This document shows, in pieces, positions 53,228-63,083 of a DNA stretch of 64,000 bases (its first letter is position 1; every line of letters begins with the position of its first letter). Under the pieces are notes generated by a model. The model worked only from the letters and a program-made list of their open reading frames with translations, was not told the DNA's origin and made no database searches. Both the position numbers and the translations under genes were made by a program. This DNA comes from Basidiobolus meristosporus CBS 931.73 (lineage: Eukaryota > Fungi > Basidiobolomycota). Where the stretch lies: NCBI GenBank assembly GCA_002104905.1, contig MCFE01000056.1, positions 131,545-195,544 on the forward strand, in the 5' to 3' direction.

Positions 53228-53698
53228 ATGTCTGCAGTCAAAAGAACTCACAAAAACTCCCTTGGTGGTGACCAGGATACTCGTGGCAATGTCTCCGGTA
53301 ACCCAGAAAAAGTAGCAGCCTCCAACAACATCAAGATGAACCATGTGGACCGGGCGCTCCTTCATACATATCCGGTGTATTGCTACAACTATGTGGCTAA
53401 GTTTGTGGGTTTCTCCAACAAAGATGTCCAGGCCATCAAATCAGTGTCGGAGAGACTGGCCCCTCTTAGTGGTGTCGTAGTGGACACTGTGTATGACAAG
53501 CTCAGAGCATTTGACATCACTTGGGAATCCATGGCCAAACAACACAAGGGGTATGCTGGCAAGGTGGTTGAGAAAGTGCAGGATCTCAAGGTCGACAGCT
53601 CCCAGATCAAGTACAGAAAAGATATGCTGACCCGAATGGGAAGACATTGCATATTCATTTTTGAACGCAAATTGGCGTTGGAAATTGAAAATAGGTAG
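53228..53698 (+). pseudogene. Protoglobin-domain (fungal sensor-globin type) gene, C-terminally broken
   Basis: HVDR.LL...Y.Y.YVAKFVGF...DV.AI......LAPL...VVD.VY.KL..FDIT...QIKYRKDML; similarity ends at ~53636. Confidence 0.65.
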
Positions 53699-55204
53699 AT
53701 TTTATGGTTCTCTGGTTTCCACGAATTTAGGGTAGTGTCAAGTAAGGAAGAAAAGACCAATACCCGAGGTATGGTAAGAGGTATGGCCAACATATTGAAG
53801 AAAAAAACTAGAATGCACGCAACAAGCGAAACAATCTGAATAGGTCATGCTCTTTGGATTACATTTAAGAGGTGTCGCTGCAAAGTTGACAATGAGGATT
53901 TATAAATACGCTAGGGAGTGTCACGCGGGCGTGGCACACTCACACAAGTGCAGGTATTCTTACAAGCGCAGATCATCTTGACCTTGACCTTCTGGCACTC
54001 ACATTACTTTGACAGTAATCACCCGGGAACTGAAATCAATTTACTATGCTAGGGGGATGTTGACACCACAAAGATCCGTATTGTTATCAGCACAGTCAAT
54101 CCAACAGGTTGCTTTTTCTTGTGTACGTTGAATCCATATGCAGAATAATCATGATATTAAATACGGAGCACCACCTTGCCACAACACCTCCTCCAACAAC
54201 CGCTTCTCACACACTAGTACAAATTGGGGTTAAGGCTATTTAGTAGTAGCTACAACTAAGGGTGTATGGAGTGCTTGCTGTTCTAGACATATCCAATTCA
54301 TTGACATTACTAGTAATGAGCAAAGAATTGAATCAATCTTCAAACATACTCTGGTACAGTATTCACTTTGCAACATAGTTCTGTCACCCTATATGGGTGT
54401 GTACACTAGGTTGGGTCATGACTGTGTTATAAGAGTGCCCAAGTCACTAAGTCTGAATAGAGTGTTGACCTCAGTTGTATCGTAACACATGCACAAACAT
54501 CATTGGAACTGACTTTGTTCTGTTGTGCTCGGGCTGAACTGTTTGCTTCATTCAAGATGCTATTGTACGGAGCATCCATAACAAAGCATTAGAAGCTACA
54601 CAGGAAGATAACGAGTCTACCTTCTTAGCATTTTGTACTGACGATAAACAAGTACTTGTTAGATTTAGGCCATGTGCCACCACGAGTTGTCTTCCTAGTT
54701 CAATTCACTTCTACTCCTTGCCAGCTACTAATAGTGATGGGACTTTTCAGAGCATGACGTGGGATGTTGTGCGGTACAAAGTGAGAATGAAACTAGCTCA
54801 ATACATAATACAGCGCCCGCCAATGCGTGGGCGTTTGTAGGTGGATAACGTACTCACTTCATTGATTTTGCCGAAATTGCAAATGAGCTAATGAACATAG
54901 ATGTCGATGATGTTTTGCTGAGTAGCGCATTTCAAATCTGTTCATTGAGGTATACTACAGTATATATACATACATATATATAATAGGCATAGCAGACTTA
55001 TTCTACATGACACAATTGTTATTGGATTGAAACTGGTTGAAAGTAATAAGAAGTCTGTACTATGGATTCAACGTTCAGCTTCCATACTAGTATTGACATT
55101 CGATCAAATAGAGTTATTGCATAAGATTAGTAAGGTTGGGATTTATTTCCAGTTATCTATAGATATCTAAAAAACTGCTTGGATATAAGTTCTGATGGCT
55201 GTGC

Positions 55205-56407
55205 TTAATACTTGTAGAAGCCGCCACTCCCGTGCCCTTCATATTCTCCACCACCTCCACCGTTGCCGCCATATCCACCGCTGCTGCCACCACTGCCGTT
55301 TCCACCATGTCCTCCGCTGCCACCACTGCCGTTTCCACCATGTCCTCCGCTGCCACCACCGCCATTTCCACCATATCCTCCTCCGTTGCCGCCACCGTTT
55401 CCACCATATCCTCCACCACTGCCGCTGCCACCACCGCCATTTCCACCATATGCTCCTCCGCTGCCGCCACCGTTTCCACCATATCCTCCACCACTGCCGT
55501 TGCCACCACCGTATCCTCCGCTGCCACCACCGCCATTTCCACCATATGCTCCTCCGCTGCCGCCACCGTTTCCACCATATCCTCCACCACTGCCGTTGCC
55601 ACCACCGTATCCTCCGCTGCCACCACCGCCATTTCCACCATATGCTCCTCCGCTGCCGCCACCGTTTCCACCATATCCTCCACCACTGCCGTTGCCACCA
55701 CCGTATCCTCCGCTGCCACCACCGCCATTTCCACCATACGCTCCTCCGCTGCCGCCACCGTTTCCACCATATCCTCCACCACTGCCGTTGCCACCACCGT
55801 ATCCTCCGCTACCACCACCGCCATTTCCACCATATCCTCCTCCACTGCCGCCACCGTTTCCACCGTATCCTCCGCTGCCACCACCGCCATTTCCACCATG
55901 TCCTCCACTACCACCACCACCATTTCCACCATATCCTCTACCGCCGCCGTTTCCACCATATTCTCCGCCGCTGCCGCCACCGTTTCCACCGTATCCTCCG
56001 CTACCACCACCACCGTTGCCACCATATCCTCCGCTTCCACCATATCCTCCTCCGCTGCCGCCACCGTTTCCACCATATCCTCCACCGCCGCCGCCACCGT
56101 TTCCACCGTATCCTCCGCTACCACTACCACCGTTGCCACCATATCCTCCGCTATCACCACTACCGTTTCTACCATAACCTCCGCTACTGCCACCGCCGTT
56201 TCCACCATGTCCTCCGCCGCTGCCGCCACCGCTTCCACCGTATCCTCCGCTACCGCCACCACCGTTTCCTTCATAGCTATCACCGTGAGCTACACCACCA
56301 CCTTCACCAGCGTAATCTTTGGTGTTGTATCCGCGCTCGAGAACAGCAGCACTCGCCATGGACAAGATTGAAGCTGCAAGAAGGAGTTTGACCGAAGAGA
56401 TTTTCAT
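55205..56407 (-). CDS. Secreted Gly-rich repeat protein (400 aa), (GGNGGGSGGGY)n
   Basis: Signal peptide MKISSVKLLLAASILSMASA followed by AVLERGYNTKDY; TATAAAT upstream (~56446-56452). Confidence 0.85.
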   Translation of the reverse strand: MKISSVKLLLAASILSMASAAVLERGYNTKDYAGEGGGVAHGDSYEGNGGGGSGGYGGSGGGSGGGHGGNGGGSSGGYGRNGSGDSGGYGGNGGSGSGGYGGNGGGGGGGYGGNGGGSGGGYGGSGGYGGNGGGGSGGYGGNGGGSGGEYGGNGGGRGYGGNGGGGSGGHGGNGGGGSGGYGGNGGGSGGGYGGNGGGGSGGYGGGNGSGGGYGGNGGGSGGAYGGNGGGGSGGYGGGNGSGGGYGGNGGGSGGAYGGNGGGGSGGYGGGNGSGGGYGGNGGGSGGAYGGNGGGGSGGYGGGNGSGGGYGGNGGGSGGAYGGNGGGGSGSGGGYGGNGGGNGGGYGGNGGGGSGGHGGNGSGGSGGHGGNGSGGSSGGYGGNGGGGGEYEGHGSGGFYKY

Positions 56408-57195
56408 ATTGAGTGATTGATTTGTTGGATGGAATTAAGCTCCCCATTTATAGCCGTCCAATGTCTTACATGAGTATGGTGTCTGTTGATCTCAGCAGCA
56501 GTATCAGGGATTGTGGCACCACATAGATTGTTTCATTTGCATCTGGTGGATAAGCTGCTCCTGAAAATGCATCATGAATTGCTGAACACGCAAATGTTCC
56601 ACGTCCGAAAAAGTTGATTGGCTTACAAATGCATTCGGAGTTTGCGATGGTAGATCATAAATGTGATAAACAAATGAAGGCTTCCAGTATGCTGTCCTGT
56701 TAGCATCCATTTATAATAGATAGTGAGCAATTGCTCCAAGTCTTTTTTTTGATCTCGCTATTCAACTGAACAAAGGGGATTATGACTTGCAAGAAAACCC
56801 TCAATTAACATGCTTGTGTGAATCAATTTTGGACTAGCAAATGTTTCATATGCTCTCCTGTTTGTTTTACTATTTGGTATAAAGTTCTATTTTGTAGTGC
56901 TGTTTATTAACAAGTAGAGAGTTGGCCAAACCATTTGGTCCAATCAAATACAATTGTTTTTTCTGGTTTATTTCATATCATATTCTGGTAAACAAGAAGC
57001 TGAATATTTCTTTTTTGGAGTTGTGTTGATAATTCATCATATTTGTTGTATCTTTTTTTGAGACTTAAACCATGCCTCCTGCCAGTCAACATCTTTATGT
57101 TAATGTGTGTGTATCAATATCCAAGCAATTTTCACCTGTATAACTGGGGAAGTTTGTATTGATTCTCATACAAGTGAGCCAGCTGATGATTTTAC

Positions 57196-57544
57196 TGTTG
57201 TAAAAATTTGTGATTCCACCAAAATATTCACCTAGCTTAGTCACTTAGATCATCACCTTCAAATCCTAGAAAATACTGGCCAAATTCCTTGTTTGAATTT
57301 ACTTAGAATATATTCACCAAAATACCAGGTACCCAAAACATGAAAATTCTCAAAGTTGTCCAAACAGCCCCAAACTTTGCACACATGTTCTTGGGACCTT
57401 CCTTAGCCTATTCTACGTGTTTGTAATGCCAAGACCATGTAAAAGTATAAATACTACTTTCTCATTCAATGATTCATTAAGTGAAGACCACATAATCTAC
57501 TTGTTCTCCCAATCACTTCCAATATCTCCAAGACTCTTACAACA
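57196..57544 (+). repeat. Copia-family LTR (no matching TSD)
   Basis: TGTTG...CAACA, homologous to the 9059 and 49312 LTRs. Confidence 0.8.
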
Positions 57545-58140
57545 GGTTGTGAGCCCCAAGCTGTCACTCTCTGCAGTGTCTACTGTGAGTACTAAATGCA
57601 GTACCCACTCCTTGCCCAAGAGTTCTCCCCAGAGTCTTACCCAAAGTCCCCCAGTATCCTCCCTATGATTCCCCCATGCGCCCTCCCTCCTATCCCTGCC
57701 CTTATCTAGTTAGGGCACTTACCATAACAGGAAGGTGTTCACACCCCTATTTTATAACACATTGTCTATTATCTAAGCCCCCAAGTGATATATATCTACC
57801 CAATTGAACCAAGTAAGAGAAGAAGGAGATTTGGGACAAAATAAACACAAGTCTTTATTACCTTGCTACCTTCTATTGGAAGCTATTCTGAACCAAGTGG
57901 TACTGACTTGACCTACAAGCTCTCCCACTCCCCAAGTACAGTCAGTAATAACCCACATATTTGGAGCCGTCTCTGTGGAAATAAGCACAAGTGAGGTAAT
58001 GACTACTACAATCAAACTAAAAACATACAAGGGAAAGAGAGAGAAAGCCCTTGAGTGGTTTGATAAGTTTGAGAGAGTTGCGGATGATGCAGGATGGGAC
58101 AACAATAAGAAAGTAAGGGAGTTTGCAAGACATATGGAAG
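57545..58140 (+). mobile_element. LTR-retrotransposon 5' region with gag N-terminus, truncated at 58140
   Basis: LKTYKGKREKALEWFDKFERVADDAGWDNNKKVREFARHMEG, a gag-like W..FE....W....L/M.G pattern. Confidence 0.6.
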
Positions 58141-58670
58141 GGTTAGGGGGGAGGAAAGTCACCAAGTGGTGAAATCTTTATTTACTTATGACAAGTATCC
58201 AAAGAAGCCAAGTTAATCTGAAGTAATTCCTAGAAAGCTAGGTCTGAGAGATATCTTCCTGGTAAGCCAGGTCTGAGAGTTGAGAGGCTGAGTGGTACTA
58301 TATTTCCTAGTTAGCTAGGTCTGAGAGAGGTTTCCTGGAAAGCCAGGCCTGAGAAGTGAGAATCTGAATATATCTGAGCTAAGTTATACTAGTTTTGCGG
58401 TAGCTGAATTGTGGCCGGAATGGCCAGTAGACTGGGGGAACTGAGAGGAATTTCTGGGCGATCACTGGCCAAATTTACTAGGCAAATCTGGCCAATTAGC
58501 ATTTCAAGGATTTCAGCCAATCAGAGCCTTTACTTTGCCCGATGGTTGATCAAGCCATCTCCCAATGAGCACACATCAATTTATTAATCAAATTTTTGCT
58601 GGATCCAGGATTTGAACCCACAACCATGGGTATGGAAGGGTTAGGGATAACCACAAGGCTAAGTGTTCTT
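58141..58670 (-). mobile_element. Telomeric tRNA-derived SINE, copy 1 (~530 bp)
   Basis: A-box-like TAGCCTTGTGG and B-box GGTTCAAATCC at the 5' end; 3' end shared with the LINE; no T4 run on the sense strand. Confidence 0.8.
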
Positions 58671-58736
58671 GGTTAGGGGGGGAGACAGTCACCAACAGGT
58701 GAAATCTTTATTTCAGTTGAAACAAAGAAGCCAGCG

Positions 58737-61505
58737 CTACTGTTGTAGCTTTGATACAAGAGTGTGTAGCTGAGGGGAATTTGTAGGTAAGTTAATAAGA
58801 AGTGATGATAGTTCTTCAGTGCTCAAGACACTGTTCAGTGGGAAGGGGGGTAGCAAGAGAGGTAAGAATGACTTGTGAACAACATTAATGAGGGGAATGT
58901 GATAAGGATTGATATTCATCATAAAGGGAGTGTGCTGCTGCAGATATTGCTGCCAAAGGTCTGTCAAGTACTTCAGGTAGGCCAGCTTGGGTTTTTCTGA
59001 CTGCAGAATAAATTCTGCAAACTTCTTGACTTCAGGATCTCCAAGTATAGTTCTCCAGCAGGAGCCAGGTGTTGTGTGGTGTGTTCTCTTCCAGGCCTTA
59101 ATCAGTGGGTTGTTGCAGTGGTGAAGTCTGAGATATAATCTGGTTCTAAGGTAGAGAAGTCTGATCTTATAGGGCATAAACCCAAAAGCACCAAGAATAG
59201 CATGTCTGTAGGGGCATTCAGGCAAATGAGGCACCAAGGAGGTAATGCACCATACTGCAAACTTGTCAAGCTTAGTGCAGTCTCTAGAAGTAAGAGAGAG
59301 AAGTGGTAAGCCAAATTCCAGTACAGGGAAGACAAACTGCTTGAGTAGAAGAAGGCAGCTGGGAGCTGAAGTTGTAGGAGGAGTAACAGCCAGTAGCTTG
59401 TGGAGTGCCTGTCTTGCCAGGATAATTCTCTTCTTCAGGTGTGCTCCAGAGTCTAGTCCAGTAGGAAGGAAAGGAAAGCCAAGATATGTAGCAGAAACCT
59501 GAGCAGGTAGAGTGGAGTTCTCTAAGGTGATGGGAGAGCCCAAAGGTACTGTCTTTGCAATGGAAAGCTGGAGATTATTCTTCTGCAGATACTGGTGGAT
59601 GGTCTGGGAGTCTTGTTGCACATTGGAGGAGGATATTCTGATGTCATCAGCAAAGAGAGTAACCAGGCAGTCAGCTGAGAGTCTTGGGAAATCATTCAGG
59701 AAGATGGCAAACAGTATAGGACCAAGCACAGAGCCTTGAACCACTCCATTAGGAACTGAGAACACAGCTGATTGCTCACTTGGGTGCAGAATTCTTGCTT
59801 GTGGATCCAGAAACAGGGACCTGACAAGGAGGGTGAGAGAGGTACTGGAGAAGCATTGCAACTTGGACCAAAGCAGATTTCTGTCAACTGAATCAAAGGC
59901 CTTAGTAATATCAAACAGAACTGAGGGATACTTGCACTGGAGAGAGTGATCTTGGCTAAGTATGACTGCATATTCCAAGGAGAGGCCAGGAACAAAGCCA
60001 AACTGTGCAGGATGAAACTTGAGGGAGTCAGAGTAGAGCTCCTGAGCAAGCAGAAGCTCAAACACCTTTCTGCAGGTGGGCAGCAGAGATATTGGCCTGT
60101 AGGAGCTAGGATCCAGGTGCTTTCCTTTACCCTTGTACAGTGGCAGAACATTTGCAAAGGACCATTCCTCAGGAGTAGAAAGCTGGGCTGAGCATTGCTG
60201 AAACAGTGGAAGCAGAAGTGCAGACATGGCCTTGGTACTAGTCTTCAGAAGCTCATAGGAGATTGTGTCCACACCTGGAGCAGTAGAGTTGGGAAGCCTC
60301 TTGAGCACATTATGGATTCTCCTTTGATCAAGTGCAAGTGGGATGGGCAGAGTCTTGAAGTCAGGATGAAAGCCAGGAGTTGAGTACTGCTTTGTAGAGA
60401 AGAAGATGTTAGCCAGCTGTTCTGTTGAAGGTAACTTCCTGGAAGAGGGCCTCATTGCCCTGTAGAGTCTTGATACTGTTCTTGTTATAGAGTTGGAAGA
60501 TTGCAGAGGCAAGGAACTCATAATATGATCCCAGAGCTGAGTATGCAGAGTGTGGTGAATTGCCTTGGAGTGGTGTATTGCTATCAGGAGGAGTTTCTCT
60601 GTTTTTGGGTTAGGGAAACTCAGGTAGCTTTGTTGCAGGGCTGAAACAATGGATTCCCATTTTCTTGAGGTAACAGCAGTAGTCTTGCATGGCAGTGAGA
60701 GGGAGGCAGACACCAGAATCAGATGCTTCACAAAGAGCCAGGCATAGTTGAGATCATCTGGCAGAGAAAGTAGCAAACTGGCAAGCTTCAAGTAGTTCCC
60801 AAAGTCTTTCTTCTGATTCTTGGTAGCTTTGTGGGTGAGCACAGTAAGTTTTGGCAGCTTCTTCTTCACAACTGGTTGCATAGAAAGGGACCAGGCTGGG
60901 TGGTCAGAGGCTCTCAAGGATCCTAGCTCAGCTCCAGAGAATTGCTTAACTTCATCCACAAAGTAGAGGGCAGCAGCAGAAGGGCAGATCCAGTCAACAC
61001 ATCTTTTCTCAGATTGAGCACCTAGTGCTAGCAGATGGCTTTCTCTCAGGAAGTTCAGTAGGAATGTAGACCTTGGCTTCATTCTTGCAGTCAGAGTAGT
61101 CTTGTTCTCAGGATGGGGAATGTTGAGATCTCCAAGCAAGATAATAGGTGTTGATATAGATTGCTGGTATTGCTGAACTTTCTGGCATATAACTTGCACT
61201 TCCTGAAGGGCAAGACTTGGAGGCAGATAGCAGAGCACCAGACTGATAGTTGGCAACTGGAGAGCAGCACAGTAAGGGGAGTAAAGAGGAACACAGAGCT
61301 GAGGAGTATTAATGGTAGAAGAGATGAAGCAGATAGAGGAGGTATTCTTTGTTCTAGGAGTAGAAAAGCAATATAGATTAGTCAAAAGTATAGAGGGTAG
61401 CTGAACATCAATCAAACACAGGAGGGAAAATCTTGAAAGAAGTCTCTCTAGAGTTGGTCTTGATGGCTGTATGCTGTTGCAGTTAAGCAACAGAACTTCA
61501 GGTAG
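58737..61505 (-). CDS. LINE ORF2: APE-like endonuclease and reverse transcriptase (no initiating ATG; in frame with ORF1)
   Basis: LNCNS, GDLN, VDWI, SDH; APGVD, SYRPISLL, QFGF, FDITKAFDSV, GVVQGSVLGP, LFADD, YLG. Confidence 0.93.
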   Translation of the reverse strand, partial: LPEVLLLNCNSIQPSRPTLERLLSRFSLLCLIDVQLPSILLTNLYCFSTPRTKNTSSICFISSTINTPQLCVPLYSPYCAALQLPTISLVLCYLPPSLALQEVQVICQKVQQYQQSISTPIILLGDLNIPHPENKTTLTARMKPRSTFLLNFLRESHLLALGAQSEKRCVDWICPSAAALYFVDEVKQFSGAELGSLRASDHPAWSLSMQPVVKKKLPKLTVLTHKATKNQKKDFGNYLKLASLLLSLPDDLNYAWLFVKHLILVSASLSLPCKTTAVTSRKWESIVSALQQSYLSFPNPKTEKLLLIAIHHSKAIHHTLHTQLWDHIMSSLPLQSSNSITRTVSRLYRAMRPSSRKLPSTEQLANIFFSTKQYSTPGFHPDFKTLPIPLALDQRRIHNVLKRLPNSTAPGVDTISYELLKTSTKAMSALLLPLFQQCSAQLSTPEEWSFANVLPLYKGKGKHLDPSSYRPISLLPTCRKVFELLLAQELYSDSLKFHPAQFGFVPGLSLEYAVILSQDHSLQCKYPSVLFDITKAFDSVDRNLLWSKLQCFSSTSLTLLVRSLFLDPQARILHPSEQSAVFSVPNGVVQGSVLGPILFAIFLNDFPRLSADCLVTLFADDIRISSSNVQQDSQTIHQYLQKNNLQLSIAKTVPLGSPITLENSTLPAQVSATYLGFPFLPTGLDSGAHLKKRIILARQALHKLLAVTPPTTSAPSCLLLLKQFVFPVLEFGLPLLSLTSRDCTKLDKFAVWCITSLVPHLPECPYRHAILGAFGFMPYKIRLLYLRTRLYLRLHHCNNPLIKAWKRTHHTTPGSCWRTILGDPEVKKFAEFILQSEKPKLAYLKYLTDLWQQYLQQHTPFMMNINPYHIPLINVVHKSFLPLLLPPFPLNSVLSTEELSSLLINLPTNSPQLHTLVSKLQQ

Positions 61506-63014
61506 TCAGGCAGAGGTTGTAGCTTCTTCAGAGGCAGCATTGACAATGTGACCTGCAGAGTCCCAGAGCTCTTCAAATGGTGCATCACTTAAGTCAGCAA
61601 GGAGGGAAATGGCATTGTTCTTGAGGAAGTATGCCACATCATAGGAGGGGGCTTGTCTCTTGATGGCAGCAAAGAAAGACAGAATGGCAACATGGGCTGG
61701 AGGCTTGTTGAACAGTAGAGAGTCAGAGGATTCAGATTCTTCAGGCACTATCTTGAAGTCAGTTTTCAGCCAGTTAAGGTTCTTCTCCACAAAGGCAACA
61801 AATGGGTCAGCAATGTTTTGGTCTAGGATAACCTCCAGAATCTTCCCTTTTCTCCAGGCCAGGTTGACAATTCTTGAGAGCTGAATATTGCATGCCTTGA
61901 GTGCTTTCCTGATGTTGGAAATGGGAGTCCAGGGAACTTGCTTCAAGTACACCACAGTCCAGGTAGAAGCTGGTGGTAGGTTTGCTGGGGGCTTGTAAGT
62001 CCTTCTGTGTGGCAATGGAGCTGCAGTAGTCAGATTGGAGTCCACATTCTCAGTAGAGGGTTTTCTTGATGTGTCTTGCTGAATGGTACTGGAGCTGGAT
62101 GTGTTGATAATTCTTGCTAGAACCTTGCCTGCATAAGTCTGAGGTATAGCTGAGGTGACTGTAGAGGTGGTGGCAGCTGGTGCAGGTGGAGAGGCAGAAA
62201 CTGAAGCAGGAACTGAGGTCACCTGGGAGAAGGCAGTAGAAGCAGGTTTTCTGGGAGGAACAGAGTTCACTATCCAGTTGTTCTGTAAAACACTGGAGTA
62301 GCTTTTCTGTGGAACAGGATCTTGCTCTTGAACAGGAACAGAAGCAGCAGGCTGGGGCTGAGCAGTAGTGGTAAGGCAGTGGCACTCCAAGGAAGCTTTT
62401 TGCAAGGCATCTCTGGCAGTTTTCAGGGCAGTATTGGCTTCATTCTTAAGCTTCTTGCATTGGGCATCCAGTCTCTTGTTTTCAATAGTCAGGGCAGTAT
62501 TGGCAGCCTCTAAATCAGCAATTCTCTTCTCAATTGCAAGGAATCTCTGAAGAAATGCATCAGTAGAAGTGCTGGCATCTGGGAGAGCAGTGGCAGGAAT
62601 AGAGTCCATTGACAGTGGGCTTCTTGGAGGCAAGGAAAGTGGACTGGCAGATTCAGGCACAAAAGGAGATATCCTGGCAGGAGGAGAAGGAGTATCCAAG
62701 GCAGTAACAGAGGCAATTCTTGTTGGTGAAGCAGCAGCAGGGGAGGCAAGCCTGTTCAGAAACTGGGCAGGAGAGAGTGCTTGAGGAGAGGGAGTCTTCA
62801 GCTTGCCAAGCATGTCTTCCATCAGAGTGATACCAATATTCCTGGTGCATTTGCAGAGAAAAGTAAGCTTCCTGAGTCTGCCAGCTCTTCCATTCCTTCT
62901 GATAGTTCCTTTGTTTCCACAGTTGGGGCAAGAAATCTTCTTGATAGACTTGTCAAAGCAATCAAGAACCTTCCTTTCAGGTGTAGTGGGCTCCTGTTGA
63001 GGTTTTGGTGGCAT
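61506..63014 (-). CDS. LINE ORF1: Cys-rich Zn-ribbon-like N-terminus, coiled coil, P/S/T/A linker, C-terminal globular domain
   Basis: CPNC...CKC; IEKRIADLEAANTALTIENKRLDAQCKKLKNEAN; ATG at 63014. Confidence 0.85.
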   Translation of the reverse strand: MPPKPQQEPTTPERKVLDCFDKSIKKISCPNCGNKGTIRRNGRAGRLRKLTFLCKCTRNIGITLMEDMLGKLKTPSPQALSPAQFLNRLASPAAASPTRIASVTALDTPSPPARISPFVPESASPLSLPPRSPLSMDSIPATALPDASTSTDAFLQRFLAIEKRIADLEAANTALTIENKRLDAQCKKLKNEANTALKTARDALQKASLECHCLTTTAQPQPAASVPVQEQDPVPQKSYSSVLQNNWIVNSVPPRKPASTAFSQVTSVPASVSASPPAPAATTSTVTSAIPQTYAGKVLARIINTSSSSTIQQDTSRKPSTENVDSNLTTAAPLPHRRTYKPPANLPPASTWTVVYLKQVPWTPISNIRKALKACNIQLSRIVNLAWRKGKILEVILDQNIADPFVAFVEKNLNWLKTDFKIVPEESESSDSLLFNKPPAHVAILSFFAAIKRQAPSYDVAYFLKNNAISLLADLSDAPFEELWDSAGHIVNAASEEATTSA

Positions 63015-63083
63015 ATCCAGAGTTTCAGCTTCAAATTTCAATTTTTGAGATTTTTGGGTGATTTTTGATGGGCGGGATCAAAA

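Larger units (their letters stand above)
58671..63083 (-). mobile_element. Full-length telomere-attached APE-type non-LTR retrotransposon (LINE)
   Basis: ORF1 plus ORF2 (endonuclease, RT); 3' end reads ...CTCCCCCCCTAACC; bounded by telomeric repeats at 63084. Confidence 0.92.

Noticed and set aside
53800-55100. Possible degenerate gene or TE (also 56500-57180 and 27200-27830)
   Set aside because: No motif I can identify; would need a translated search
55153-56391. Overlapping 300-400 aa Pro-rich, His/Arg-rich, Thr/Ala-rich and Val/Ala-rich ORFs
   Set aside because: Shadows of the GGN repeat of the 55205-56407 gene
60607-60615. GGGTTAGGG inside ORF2
   Set aside because: Encodes FPNP in frame; chance occurrence
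58671-63083. Penelope-like (Coprina/Athena) or RLE-type (MoTeR/R2) identity for the telomeric element
   Set aside because: An N-terminal APE-type endonuclease and a separate ORF1 are present; no GIY-YIG or C-terminal PD-(D/E)xK domain seen
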